Shown: positions 1 through 10,951, numbered from the stretch's first letter. The stretch is 64,000 nucleotides of DNA from Calditrichia bacterium (GCA_963777955.1 CAVZSQ010000018.1:1-64000); one strand, 5' to 3'. Notes: generated by a model not told the origin, from the sequence alone. Numbers and translations are program-made.

Positions 1-1
1 C

Positions 2-1524
2 CTGGTAAGCGATAAAAAAGGTTACTTATATTGCCTTAAAGATTTTGATGGAAAATCTCAATTTTATAGAAGTAATGACTTCGGGGAAAGTTGGCAGCAC
101 ATGATTTTGCCGGTGAGCGATTATATCTATAGAATCTACTTAGATAACGACAGGAATGTGCTGGTTGTAACGCATAATTATATTCTGATATCGGATGATA
201 GCGGAGAAACATGGAGAGATATCGAATTTCCTATGGATGCACCCTTGACTGTGGGCAGGGATGTTGCAGGGAATTTACTGGCAGGAAGTTTTGATGGAAT
301 TCACAGACGCAACAATACCAGCGGCGAGTGGCAGGAAATTAACAATGGTATCCATGCCCGGAGAATTGAATCTATTCTGTCGACTTCTTCAGGAACAATG
401 CTTGTTTTCAGCCTGGGTACCTGTTTCCGGAGTACTGATCATGGGGAAAATTGGACACGTGTGAATATTGGAAATAATGCAGTTATAAATCATTTCCCCC
501 CAGTTCTTTCTACTTCAGATGGAAGTATTTTCATAGCAGTTTCTTCTATAAATCGTACAGAACGCGATCTTCTGCGTTCTACTGACGATGGTGTTACGTG
601 GCAGGAAATTTCTGTTAGTCAAACCATCTTAATATCACCGGAATTGCCGAAGGATCCAGCGCTGACATTTTAGTATCGACAAATATTGGGCATATCTATC
701 GCTCGACCAATCGAGGGTATTCGTGGAGCAGAGTGTTTTCCAGCGCCGCTGAATCAGAAATAACATGCATCGCCTCGGACAAAGCCGGTAATTACTATGC
801 GGCCATGGCTGCTTCCATACTCTACTCTCGGGATGGAGTATCATGGCAGGAATTCTCTCTGAAACGTGGCTATGTCTCCGAAGAACACATGAGCATTGAT
901 ACCCGTAAAGGAGTTTTTCTTGCTTCGTTTAATTACGGAGTTTATCATTCCTCGAATCTGGGCAGGACCTGGAACCTGATGCATGACGGTCTATATGATC
1001 CAGGTGTGTTTAGTATAACGGCTGACGATAGCGGTAATGTTGTTCTGGGCACAGATTCCGGAATATTTCGTCTTGCAGATTCTGATGATTACTGGCTGTG
1101 GTTTAGTAACGGACTCCCGGATAATGTTACGAGATCTCTTTCAATCTCTGCCGAAGGTTTTTTGTATGCCGGGACTCAAAACTTTGGAATGTACAGGACT
1201 GCCAGTCCAATTGGAAAACGCATTCAGAAGATGTCCTCATCGGAGATCAGTGAGTTTAGTCTTTACCAAAATTATCCCAATCCTTTCAATGCTGAGACAT
1301 TTATCAGTTATGAATTAAATTCTCCGGCGAGGATTGAGATCGTTGTATATAACGTCCTGGGCCAGGTGGTCATTACACTCATGTCCGGTGCCTTGCAGGA
1401 AGGCAGGTATGTTATGCCATGGGTGCCAGAACGATTGTCCAGTGGATTATACTTCTGTATGATGAAGATTTTTTCAGGCTCAACGACAAGTTTTAGAACA
1501 ATCAAACTCGTATACCTCAGATGA
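2..1524 (+). CDS. Secreted BNR/Asp-box beta-propeller protein with C-terminal sorting (FlgD/T9SS-like) domain; 5' partial, one frameshift near 620
   Basis: Frame open from window start (LVSDKKGYLY...). Repeated SxDxGxTW Asp-boxes (SDDSGETW, STDHGENW, STDDGVTW, SSNLGRTW). The other frame continues NHLNITGIAEG...YRSTNRGYSW into ORF 733..1524, which ends with a QNYPNPFN domain. Confidence 0.75.
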
Positions 1525-1548
1525 GATGGAAAATTGCATAATAGTAGT

Positions 1549-1650
1549 AACAAACATCGCAGTCCAGCGGACCCCGACCTGTCTGACCTGTCTGCCGCCA
1601 GGCAGGCGCCAGGCAGGCGAGTCGGGACCAGTGACTTTCGGGCGTTAATC
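1549..1650 (+). mobile_element. Degenerate integron attC-like site with a palindrome inserted in its loop
   Basis: AACAAAC-5nt-AGTCCAGCGG-A-CCCCGAC...GTCGGGA-CCAGTGACT-7nt-GTTAATC has R''/L''/L'/R' spacing and lies just after a stop codon. Confidence 0.5.
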
Positions 1651-1737
1651 CCGAAGAAAAATAATCGGGATTGAGTTGCAGTATAATATAGGTCTTCAAT
1701 GTACATTTAAAGTGATCACCTTACAGGAGAATTCACT

Positions 1738-3078
1738 ATGGTGAAAATGAGAATTGCAAAAGTTATGTTATTTATATTTCTATTACTACAAATCGTTACC
1801 CTATTTGGGCAAAGGATTTCAGTGAACGGAACTGAGTTCTGGACGAATAATGGCCGCATCTGGTTGAATGGCACCAATACGCCTTGGGATAAATGGAATG
1901 ATTTTGGAGGAGGTTTTGACTATGATTGGTGGGATGATGAGTTTCAACAATTAAAAGATCTGCATATTAACTGCACCCGTGTATGGATAACCTGCGACGG
2001 TAATAATGCAGGAATCGATATCGATGATGACGGGTATGTCAACGATGTCAATCCACTTTTTTGGACGCATGTCGACCAGTTGATGGAAATCGCGGAAAAT
2101 AAACAAATTTATTTGATGATCGCCTTGATATCTTTTGACCACACCAAACCTGGCAACGCGAACGCGTCAAAATGGATCAAAATGTATAACAGCAAGGAAA
2201 ATCGCGAATCATTTGTGCTAAACTACGTTGAACCTTTTGTGGATCGGTACAAAGACAATCCCTATTTTTTTGCCGTGGATGTCGGCAACGAACTTGAATG
2301 GGTTTGGGAAAATCATGGCGTCTCGTCAGACAGTGTCATCGATCTGATCTCTCGAGTTGCCGACGGTGTCCAAGACAATAGTGAAGTTTTGGTGTGTCAG
2401 GGATTGGGTGCCGGAATAAAATATAATACCTCATCCGCGGGAGGAAGTGGTAATTATCTCGCGAATGTGGATGTCGATTTTTATAATATCCATTATTATG
2501 ACTGGCAAAACCAATGGTTCGGAAATCCATTTGATCGGTCTCCATCATATTATAACATGAACTCAAAACCATGCATCATTGGAGAAACACCTGCCAAAGG
2601 AGCAGCTGGATATACGGCCCAGCAATGCTACCAAAAAGCCTTTGAACAGGATTGGCAGGGTCTGATGGTCTGGACATCAAATGGAGTTGATAATAATGGT
2701 GATAAATGGGATTCAAAACCAGGGACAGATTGGATTTATAATAATTATCCCGAACTGGTTCTTGGTGATGCAAATGCTGTAATAAAAGAGCAGCTGAATC
2801 TAAGTTTTAAATTATTTCAAAACTGGCCCAATCCATTTAATTCCACAACAACCATTCGATTTACCTGTCCTCATGCGAGCAAAGTACAAATCCAAATTTA
2901 TAATATATGCGGGAATTTGGTAAAAACCCTGGTTAATGGTTATTATTCTGCAGGAGACCACTCCATTACGTGGAATTGTGAGGATAATAGAGGTAATACG
3001 ATATCAACGGGTGCATATTTCTATAAAATGACTTATGGTGATATTATTGAAACAAAGAAAATGCTGATAATCAAATAA
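1738..3078 (+). CDS. Secreted glycoside hydrolase family 5 (resembles GH5_10 beta-mannanases) with C-terminal sorting domain
   Basis: Signal peptide; NGTNTPW, RVW, GNE (acid/base), DFYNIHYYDW and KPCIIGE (nucleophile) clan GH-A motifs; QNWPNPFN/FlgD-like C-terminus. Confidence 0.75.
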   Translation: MVKMRIAKVMLFIFLLLQIVTLFGQRISVNGTEFWTNNGRIWLNGTNTPWDKWNDFGGGFDYDWWDDEFQQLKDLHINCTRVWITCDGNNAGIDIDDDGYVNDVNPLFWTHVDQLMEIAENKQIYLMIALISFDHTKPGNANASKWIKMYNSKENRESFVLNYVEPFVDRYKDNPYFFAVDVGNELEWVWENHGVSSDSVIDLISRVADGVQDNSEVLVCQGLGAGIKYNTSSAGGSGNYLANVDVDFYNIHYYDWQNQWFGNPFDRSPSYYNMNSKPCIIGETPAKGAAGYTAQQCYQKAFEQDWQGLMVWTSNGVDNNGDKWDSKPGTDWIYNNYPELVLGDANAVIKEQLNLSFKLFQNWPNPFNSTTTIRFTCPHASKVQIQIYNICGNLVKTLVNGYYSAGDHSITWNCEDNRGNTISTGAYFYKMTYGDIIETKKMLIIK

Positions 3079-3185
3079 TTTTCAGGTGATTTAAGTGTAT
3101 ATTTATCATTAATTATAAGTTTTAAAAAGAAAATAATTGAGAGTTAGATTGAGAGTTAGGCGGCTAGATAAGCAGGAGGGCAACA

Positions 3186-3590
3186 ATGGCGAAGGTTACC
3201 GGAATCGGCGGCGTCTTCTTCAAGAGTAAAGGCGACCGCGCCACGCTGGCAGCGTGGTATCAGAAACACCTGGGCCTGCCGCTGGAGGACTTTGGGGGCG
3301 CTATCCTCAGATGGCCGGACGACAAGGCCGAGGACCGAGGACTTACAGTGTGGCATGTCGCGGCGGGAGACAGCAAGTGGTTCAGCCCAAGCAATTCTTC
3401 CTTCATGATCAACTACCGGGTCGACAACCTCGGCGAGCTGCTGGCGCAGCTCCGTGCGGGTGGTGTGGAAATCATCGGCGGACCCGAATCGCACGAGAAC
3501 GGCAAGTTCGCCTGGATCATGGATCCAGACGGGAACAAACTCGAGCTCTGGGAGCCGATGATATGGGACGACAAGAACAAAGGTGCCTGA
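3186..3590 (+). CDS. VOC/glyoxalase family protein
   Basis: VTGIGGVFFK, FMINYRVDNL and DPDGNKLELWEP motifs; AGGAGG RBS. Confidence 0.9.
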   Translation: MAKVTGIGGVFFKSKGDRATLAAWYQKHLGLPLEDFGGAILRWPDDKAEDRGLTVWHVAAGDSKWFSPSNSSFMINYRVDNLGELLAQLRAGGVEIIGGPESHENGKFAWIMDPDGNKLELWEPMIWDDKNKGA

Positions 3591-3636
3591 CATCGCCGCC
3601 TGACAGGTGCACACTAATCCACATAAGGAGGACGCC

Positions 3637-4341
3637 ATGATGGTTGCCGACCGAGCAGCAACGGGACAAGCCCCGCTGAGCTCACTGAGAAAGACCGCGC
3701 TTGTCGCGGGAGTGTTCTACCTGCTTACTTTTGTCTCAATTCCGACCCTTGCTCTTTACACTTCGGTGCGCAGTCCGAACTTCATTCTCGGACCCGGCCC
3801 GGACCTTCCCGTGATTATGGGTGCTCTCCTGGAGATGATCGTAGCCCTCGCCGGTATCGGCACCGCCGTAGCGCTCTACCCTGTGGTCAAGCGTCAGGGA
3901 GAAGCGCGCGCGCTGGGCTTCGTCACCAGCAGGGTCCTGGAAGCCGCCACGATCTACGTTGGCATCGTCAGCCTTATGTCGATAGTTACCTTGCGGCAGG
4001 CCGGGGTTGGGGCAAGTGCGTTGGCCACAGCCCAGGGGCTTGCCGCCCAGTACTACTGGTCGTTCTTCTTCGCACAAAGTTTCATTCCGGCCGTGAATGC
4101 TGTGTTGCTGGGCTCGCTGCTCTACCAGTCGCATCTGGTGCCGCGGGTGCTTCCCGTACTGGGATTCATCGGAGCAGCTTTGCTCCTCGCTTCCTGGTTT
4201 GCCACGCTGTTCGGACTCCTGGGACCGTTAACCCCGGCCTCGGCGCTGTTCGCACTGCCTATCGCGCTGTGGGAGTTCTCGCTGGGTATCTATCTGGTCT
4301 TCCGGGGCTTCAATCCGTCTCCCATCACAGCCGGTATGTGA
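3637..4341 (+). CDS. DUF4386 family membrane protein
   Basis: Multi-TM; RKTALVAGVFYL, R.LEA, LVPR and WEFSLG motifs; AAGGAGG RBS before ATG 3637. Confidence 0.75.
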   Translation: MMVADRAATGQAPLSSLRKTALVAGVFYLLTFVSIPTLALYTSVRSPNFILGPGPDLPVIMGALLEMIVALAGIGTAVALYPVVKRQGEARALGFVTSRVLEAATIYVGIVSLMSIVTLRQAGVGASALATAQGLAAQYYWSFFFAQSFIPAVNAVLLGSLLYQSHLVPRVLPVLGFIGAALLLASWFATLFGLLGPLTPASALFALPIALWEFSLGIYLVFRGFNPSPITAGM

Positions 4342-4383
4342 TGAGCTTCTATTCGCCGTGCCGTTACGAGTATAAAAAGGAAT

Positions 4384-5634
4384 ATGAAAAATATATCATA
4401 CATTATTTTATCTTTCTGTCTTAGTATTCCGCTTATTATCCCATCCATCCTGCCGGCACAACAAGACAGTTTAACTATCCAGCAAAAAATACTGGATAGT
4501 GAAGAATCCGATCAAATGTTTGTCCAGCGTACCCGCAATTTCATTCTGAACAAGTTAAAATCCGCAGAGATAACTGAAGCAGCGCAGGCATATAATTATG
4601 TTATACAGAAATATGAAAACAATCGTATAAAACCATTCTGGACCGTGGAAATGTTTTTATTGTGCTTCTGGTTCGGAAAATATGACCTGCTTTATTGTGC
4701 TGATTCGATTGAAAACTCTCTAGCCTTCGAAAGCTTTGAAGATTGGAGTTCTCCTGGACAGTATCTGTATCCTCAAATGGATCAAATGGCTCTGGAATTA
4801 AGGATAATTTCCAATCAGAACAGATCAAAATTAATGCAGCGAATCGATTCACTTGTCAGCGAAAGAGAGAAACATGATTTCGCGGTTTTGTTTTTCGATT
4901 GGCTCACTTTTAATGCGTCAGATCAGGAAATGAGCGGACCTAAAGAACAGGAGTACCTCGAAAAGAATCTTACTCCGCGGGCAGAGGAATTTCTGGGCAC
5001 TTATAAAAGCTCAATATTCCGGCCATTTGTACAAAGGCATTTTCGTTATGTTTATGTATTAAATGACTGGGGAATTGGTTATTGTTTAGGATCTGGTTCT
5101 TTAACCCCGGGCGGCACAGCAGGACAATATCTCAAGCCCGAGATCATTCTTGGCATTGATCTTGAACTGAGCTGGAAAAGTATGTTGATAGATCTGGGAT
5201 TCGACGTTGGCTTTCCGGTATCAATCAGAAAGCCGTTCAGCTATCAGCAGAAAACCTGGAACACGAATATTCGTCATAATTATTATACATATTATATCGC
5301 CCACGGCTGGGTTATGCAGGAAACAAAATTGTTCAAACTCATTCCTCATATCGGAATCAGTGGGATAAATATGAGTGTTTGCGAAGGGGATAAAGACGAA
5401 GCCGGGGGAGAATTTTCCATAACTCAAGAAGCAATACAGTATGGGGTAACTTGCGATATCAAACTAAGCATCAACAAGTACTATTTCAAAGAGAATCATT
5501 ATAGTTATACCGGGGTGAGGATTGGTCTTGATTATTATCAATTTCTTGGACATAATCCAATTATGTCCGGCGGAATGCTGCGTTTCCGTATTTCCTGGAT
5601 TGCCTTTGGCCGCTTTATCTTCAGAGATATGTAA
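4384..5634 (+). CDS. Hypothetical exported protein, helical N-terminus and probable C-terminal beta-barrel
   Basis: 416-aa ORF, signal peptide, alternating beta-strand pattern in the C-terminal half. Confidence 0.6.
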   Translation: MKNISYIILSFCLSIPLIIPSILPAQQDSLTIQQKILDSEESDQMFVQRTRNFILNKLKSAEITEAAQAYNYVIQKYENNRIKPFWTVEMFLLCFWFGKYDLLYCADSIENSLAFESFEDWSSPGQYLYPQMDQMALELRIISNQNRSKLMQRIDSLVSEREKHDFAVLFFDWLTFNASDQEMSGPKEQEYLEKNLTPRAEEFLGTYKSSIFRPFVQRHFRYVYVLNDWGIGYCLGSGSLTPGGTAGQYLKPEIILGIDLELSWKSMLIDLGFDVGFPVSIRKPFSYQQKTWNTNIRHNYYTYYIAHGWVMQETKLFKLIPHIGISGINMSVCEGDKDEAGGEFSITQEAIQYGVTCDIKLSINKYYFKENHYSYTGVRIGLDYYQFLGHNPIMSGGMLRFRISWIAFGRFIFRDM

Positions 5635-5665
5635 GGTTTAGTAATTATTTAAATACGGAGGCAAG

Positions 5666-6274
5666 GTGAAAACTCTTACTGCCGTTATTTTACTTTTCGT
5701 ACTGTATATCAATTTAACTGCCGGCACTTCCGGGAAGTTTTCGTGTCTGAACAATAATGATTCCAGCCAGGTAGAATCTGCAACTCATGATAAACAATCA
5801 TCCGGTAAAAGTACAGGGAATAAATTTATATCTGATTTTCAGTTAAACGCTTTTTATATCACTAATAAATATGAATATTTAGAAATCCAATTTAATATTG
5901 TTCCAATGTTTAATAAATATTTAATCATACAAATCGGTACCACATTTGGTACAGGTGAAACTGATAAAACATCCATAAGTTCTCAAAATATTGAATATAC
6001 TGTCTCCTCATATTTATTTGGACTGGGTGGATTGATACATTTTAAGAATCAGGAATTTATGTTGTTATTTAACTACGCGGAGAAAGATTATGTGATAAAT
6101 CTTGAGTCAGGTAGTAAATTTAACCGGTCTGCGGATTATTTTGCACTTTATGATAATATAGGAATAGGAAAATTCAGGTTTCTGGCCGGGGTAAAATACT
6201 TTATTAAGAACATTCCCGTTCAGGGGAAAGAAGAAAAATGGGCAGCAAGTATTGGCTTTGGTTTTAAATTCTAA
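5666..6274 (+). CDS. Hypothetical outer-membrane beta-barrel protein
   Basis: GGAGG RBS with GTG start, signal peptide, C-terminal IGFGFKF barrel signature. Confidence 0.6.
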   Translation: MKTLTAVILLFVLYINLTAGTSGKFSCLNNNDSSQVESATHDKQSSGKSTGNKFISDFQLNAFYITNKYEYLEIQFNIVPMFNKYLIIQIGTTFGTGETDKTSISSQNIEYTVSSYLFGLGGLIHFKNQEFMLLFNYAEKDYVINLESGSKFNRSADYFALYDNIGIGKFRFLAGVKYFIKNIPVQGKEEKWAASIGFGFKF

Positions 6275-6374
6275 ATGAATAAGATCCCGGAGGATTCATC
6301 GTGTTAAAAAATTATAATCCTAACCGAACTTAACATTTATCCTGGAAGGATCCCGTGGGGATACATGGTAATAA

Positions 6375-6420
6375 CCAGGCAATAAAGTGCCGGGCCATTT
6401 TAGGTTGTCCCTGCGGGACA
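6375..6420. repeat. REP-like hairpin element, partial copy
   Basis: CCAGGCAATAAAGTGCCGGG...TGTCCCTGCGGGACA, matching copies at 7479, 15678 and 25807. Confidence 0.7.
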
Positions 6421-6453
6421 AAAACGTTATATTTCATAATTACTGAGTATCAA

Positions 6454-6516
6454 TTATAACGACGACCTCAACCGGATCCCGATTATGTCGGGGCCGGTTA
6501 TGCCTGGTCGGCGGAT
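6454..6516 (+). mobile_element. Degenerate integron attC-like site
   Basis: TTATAAC-GACGA-CCTCAACCGG-A-TCCCGA-ttatg-TCGGGG-CCGGTTATG-CCTGGTC-GGCGGAT: attC architecture with unpaired bases; R' mutated from GTT. Confidence 0.55.
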
Positions 6517-6536
6517 GAAGGCATCTTGGAGTTTCT

Positions 6537-7112
6537 ATGAAAAAACATCTATATAAAATAATACTATTTCTTTTTACTTTATCAATTATTTCCCAAGCAC
6601 AATGGTATTTGGGTTTGGGTTACAACAAGATAACCGATCAAATATTTTGGACGCACGGTTCAATATTACAAATTGAATACAAGATTCCTATTGAGATACA
6701 ACGTACATATTTCTCTATTGCTGGAAACTATAATATCTTCTTTAAGTCATATAGATTACCAATCCTGGTGACACCTGAGGTTATGGGATTCCACAGAGAA
6801 TATTCTGTGCAACCATTTCAGCTTATCGATTTACTTGCTAAAGTTGAAAGTCGGTTTTGCAATTCGGGTTCGTATTTGTTTGTGTACTTTGGATTTGGTA
6901 TTTGTTATCATTCAGCAAGCTCCGTCAGATCGATAACGATGAGGTGCTATCGGTGGAGGCAAAATATGTTTTACCCTATCCGGTCGGAAGGGAATATACC
7001 TGCTCGCAAGGATTCAACGATCCATATTCACACTATGGTACATTTCACTATTCGGTTGATTTCGCGATGTCAATCGGCACACTTATCACTGCGGCTAGAA
7101 GTGGTCAGGTAG
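6537..7112 (+). pseudogene. Truncated outer-membrane protein gene; credible coding part ends near 6920
   Basis: Signal peptide and beta-strand pattern up to ...YFGFGICYH, then out-of-frame read-through over the M23 gene. Confidence 0.45.
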
Positions 7113-7441
7113 TACACATTCTTGAGAGTTACTCAGATAATGACCGCACTGCGGGTCATGAAAATGTGGTGATCGTTATGCATGAGGACTCCACCTATGC
7201 ACGCTATGTTCATCTGACAACCAATGGTGCTTTGGTCGGGAGCGGGCAGAATTTATCTCCGGGTGATACCGTCGGTTTAAGTGGAAATTCGGGGAGCGGA
7301 GGCGCACCCCATTTGCATTTTGACGTTACGAATACTAATACCGGCCGGGGCGATCAGACGATTCCCTTTGATTTCAGTAACACGATAGCGCATCCGCCTG
7401 GATTAAAAGCAGGCGTGTCGTACGAAGCATTTCCATACTAG
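6857..7441 (+). CDS. M23 family metallopeptidase; N-terminus uncertain or lost
   Basis: Y.LPY..G; H.....YSVDF; AAR.G.V; Y.HL; SGNSG.....HLHF Zn motif. Confidence 0.8.
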   Translation: MQFGFVFVCVLWIWYLLSFSKLRQIDNDEVLSVEAKYVLPYPVGREYTCSQGFNDPYSHYGTFHYSVDFAMSIGTLITAARSGQVVHILESYSDNDRTAGHENVVIVMHEDSTYARYVHLTTNGALVGSGQNLSPGDTVGLSGNSGSGGAPHLHFDVTNTNTGRGDQTIPFDFSNTIAHPPGLKAGVSYEAFPY

Positions 7442-7478
7442 ATCTTGGTAAACCCGGGTGTATGAATACAAAAAATCT

Positions 7479-7586
7479 CAACCGTCCCGCCGGAACGTCC
7501 CATCCCTTCGGTATGGGATGATTTTTGGGGGATTTGATTTCCCGCCAATCAATTGGCGGGCTATTTCCAATTGTCCCTGCGGGACA
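7479..7586. repeat. REP-like hairpin element
   Basis: CAACCGTCCCGCCGGAACG...CCCGCCAATCAATTGGCGGGCTATT...TGTCCCTGCGGGACA. Confidence 0.75.
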
Positions 7587-7668
7587 AAAGGCTTATATTA
7601 GAATCAATACTGAATACGGATTATAATATTACAGTACACCGCCGCGCCGTTAAAATAGGAGAAACATT

Positions 7669-7977
7669 ATGAAATACATAGCACCCCTGCTCCTATTGTT
7701 GATTTCCTGTGGTGGTCCTAAAATTGATTTCTATAAACAAATCACCCCTAAAATTGAGATTAAAGAAGCTATATCACTGGCCTCAACATATCTTGATTCG
7801 ACTTGTTGTAAAGATGAATATATTAAAGATTCTGTTCGGGTTTGGGAGTGGGCCGTAAATATTAACAATTGGTATGTGCAATTTTATAAAAATGATTATG
7901 AATATATAAGACCGCCTACTATTATTGTATTAATAAATAAAGAAAATGGGAAAGCTGAATTATTGATGCAAAGATAA
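7669..7977 (+). CDS. Hypothetical small lipoprotein
   Basis: AGGAG RBS; lipobox LISC. Confidence 0.6.
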   Translation: MKYIAPLLLLLISCGGPKIDFYKQITPKIEIKEAISLASTYLDSTCCKDEYIKDSVRVWEWAVNINNWYVQFYKNDYEYIRPPTIIVLINKENGKAELLMQR

Positions 7978-8098
7978 TTAATAAAACATTTGTAATTATA
8001 TTTATAGTGGACGCTGAACCAATTAGTATGAATTACAGATGTCATAGAAAGCGGTTCGCCGCCACTAAAATTAACCGTAAGAAGTCCCGGGGGTTCAG

Positions 8099-8458
8099 AT
8101 GACTCAGAATGAGAAGACGATCGAGTTGTACATGGACGGATTCAGAAGAACGGATCGGTCGCAGATCCTGTCCTGCCTGACTGATGATGTGGAATGGGTG
8201 ATCCCCGGAATGTTCCAGGTTAGAGGCAAGGAGGACTTCGCCAAACACATCGTTGACCAGGGATTTGCCGGGCAGCCTGTGATCACCGTGCACCGGTTGC
8301 TGGAAACCGGTGACGTAGTGGTGGCGGAAGGATCGGTGCAGGCCCCTAAAGAGGATGGTACGTTCCTGAACCTGGTCTTCTGCGACGTCTTTGATATGCG
8401 AAACGGGAAAATCCGGCGATTGATCAGTTACCTGATGGAAACCAGAGGAAAATTATGA
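8099..8458 (+). CDS. SnoaL/NTF2-like protein
   Basis: LTDDVEW.IPG, GDVVVAEG and FCDVF.M.NGKI motifs. Confidence 0.85.
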   Translation: MTQNEKTIELYMDGFRRTDRSQILSCLTDDVEWVIPGMFQVRGKEDFAKHIVDQGFAGQPVITVHRLLETGDVVVAEGSVQAPKEDGTFLNLVFCDVFDMRNGKIRRLISYLMETRGKL

Positions 8459-10060
8459 ACTTATGCAAACACATCCCCAAAATCGGTATTCTTTTATTTA
8501 ACCTGATCACAGGATTATTGATGTCGGGTGCGGTTTACGGACAAAATGTCAGTCTTCATGATAGTCTTTATATTAATGTGGAAAAAAATACGTACTGGTG
8601 GGCAGGTGTCATCAATCATGGCAATAAAATGCCCCTGCTAGCGCCATATCAAGCGAACTTCAACAGTAATTATGGAAATCAGGTGCAGCCGTTGATGCTC
8701 TCCAGCGCGGGTGAAGTGATTTGGTCGGATCATCCTTACCAGATCGATTTTTCTCCGGGAAAACTAAAGATAAAGGGCACGGTTCAGTATTACCAAGGGG
8801 GTGGCACACTCAGGGAAGCCTACCAGTATGCCAGCCGGACATACTTCCCGCCTTCCGGTAAAATGCCCGACTCGCTGTTATTTACCCGTCCCCAGTACAA
8901 TACCTGGATTGAACTGATGTATGATCAAAACCAGAAAGATATTTTGGCCTATGCGGACAATATCATCGCCAATGGTTTACCAGCGGGAGTGCTGATGATT
9001 GATGATAATTGGCAGGAAGATTATGGCAAATGGAATTTTCACCCGGGACGTTTCCCTCATCCCGGGAAGATGATTGATCAGTTGCACGATATGGGATTCA
9101 AAGTGATGGTCTGGGTTTGTCCTTTTATCAGCCCCGACTGCGATGTTTACAGGGACTTGTTAAACAAGAAATATCTGGTCACCGACAATAATGGGGAGCC
9201 GGCGATTGTCCGTTGGTGGAACGGTGCCAGTGCACTGCTGGATCTGACCAATCCGGAAGCATTTAACTGGTTTAAATCACAACTGGACCGCTTGATAGAC
9301 TGAATATGGGATCGATGGTTTTAAACTTGATGCCGGAGATTTTGAATATTATAAAGATGTACATTCCTTTAAACAGGATGCCAGGCCGGAGGAACATTCG
9401 GAGTTATTCGGCAAGATTGGTCTTTTTTATCCGCTGAATGAATACCGGGCAATGTGGAAAATGGGCGGCCAGCCACTGGCGGAGCGTTTACGTGATAAGG
9501 GGCATGGTTTTGACGAGTTGCAATTATTGATCCCGAATATGTTAACCGCCGGACTGATGGGTTATTACTTTTCATGTCCGGATATGATTGGTGGCGGCGA
9601 GTTTACATCATTTCTGGATGATGCGGTTCTTGATCAGGAATCAATCGTTCGCTCTGCACAATGTCATGCGCTGATGCCCATGATGCAATTCTCGGTGGCA
9701 CCCTGGCGGGTTCTGGATGACAGGCATTTTGCAGCAGTTAAAAAATCTGTGGCGATTCGTGAAAGATATAAGGATTATATACTGGAATTAGCTGTCAAGG
9801 CGGCCGAAACAGGCGAACCGATAATGAGACCGCTGGAATTTGTTTATCCTGATCAGGGCTATGCGGGCATTATTGACCAGTTTCTATTGGGTGACCGATT
9901 ACTGGTGGCGCCGGTTTTGGAAAAAGGGGCCGCCAGGAGAAAGGTGGTTATTCCTGAGGGACGATGGAAAAGTTACGATGGACAAATAATCTCCGGGCCA
10001 AAGACGGTTGACGTAAAAATCAGCCTGGATGATTTGCCTTTTTTTGAATTAATAAAATGA
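8455..10060 (+). CDS. Glycoside hydrolase family 31; one +1 frameshift near 9297
   Basis: PQYNTW, IDDNWQ, WVCPF. Removing one base gives EYGIDGFKLDAG (nucleophile) continuing in frame to PDMIGG and QFLLGDRLLVAPV; 535 codons after correction. Confidence 0.85.
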
Positions 10061-10140
10061 ATTTTAAAACCTGACATTTTTATGCACCTGAACGCGAACG
10101 CCTGCGGGATTCCTCAAATATCTTTAAAAAGGTTCCTATA

Positions 10141-10951
10141 ATGACACAAACCAGCCCTGAAAATAAAATCCAGGTTGTTTATTTCAGCCATGGCGGGGGA
10201 CCCCTGCCAATTCTGGGAGATGCCAGCCACAAAGCGATGATAAATTTTATGACAAAGTTGCCAGCCCAGCTTACACAACCAGAGGTTATCCTCGTGATCA
10301 GCGCCCATTGGGAAGAAAACGCAGCAACCCTGTTGGGAGCACCAAAGCCCGCGATGTTCTATGATTATTATGGTTTCCCTGAAGAAGCTTATGAAATTAC
10401 CTACCCGGCCCCAGGCAGCCCGGAGTATGCGCATAAAATTGCCGGATTACTGAGCAATAAACAATATTCCAGCTCGAATTGATTCTCAGCGAGGATTTGA
10501 CCATGGATTATTCATACCGCTAAAAATTATGTACCCCCGGGCGGATGTTCCCTGCCTGCAACTTTCGCTGTTACGAGGTCTGGACCCTACCGCGCATGTT
10601 GCCCTTGGCAAAGCTTTGTCTGCATTAAAAAATGAGAACATCCTGGTGATCGGATCAGGATTTTCCTTCCATAATATGAGCGCATTTTCATGGGAAGGAA
10701 GCGGAGCTCCTGATCCAGCCAATGATGCCTTTCAAAACTGGCTGATCGAGGTATGCGCAGGTTTGATACCCCAGCCCGAACGTGAACAACGTCTGATCGA
10801 ATGGAAGCAAGCACCTTCCGCACGCTATTGTCACCCGCGGGAGGAACATTTATTGCCACTGCACGTGTGTCTGGGGATGGCGGACAAGCCGGCCAAACTA
10901 ATTTTTGATGATCAGATCCTCGGCAAGCGCAGTCTTGCCTTTTTGTGGTGA
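10141..10951 (+). CDS. DODA-type (LigB family) extradiol dioxygenase; one +1 frameshift near 10455
   Basis: SHGGGP, ISAHW, YDYYGFP; corrected frame gives RGFDHG; GSG.SFHN and HPREEHLLPL. Confidence 0.85.

Noticed and set aside
9295..9310. TGA read-through or selenocysteine in the GH31 gene
   Set aside because: The continuation is in a different frame, so read-through cannot restore it.
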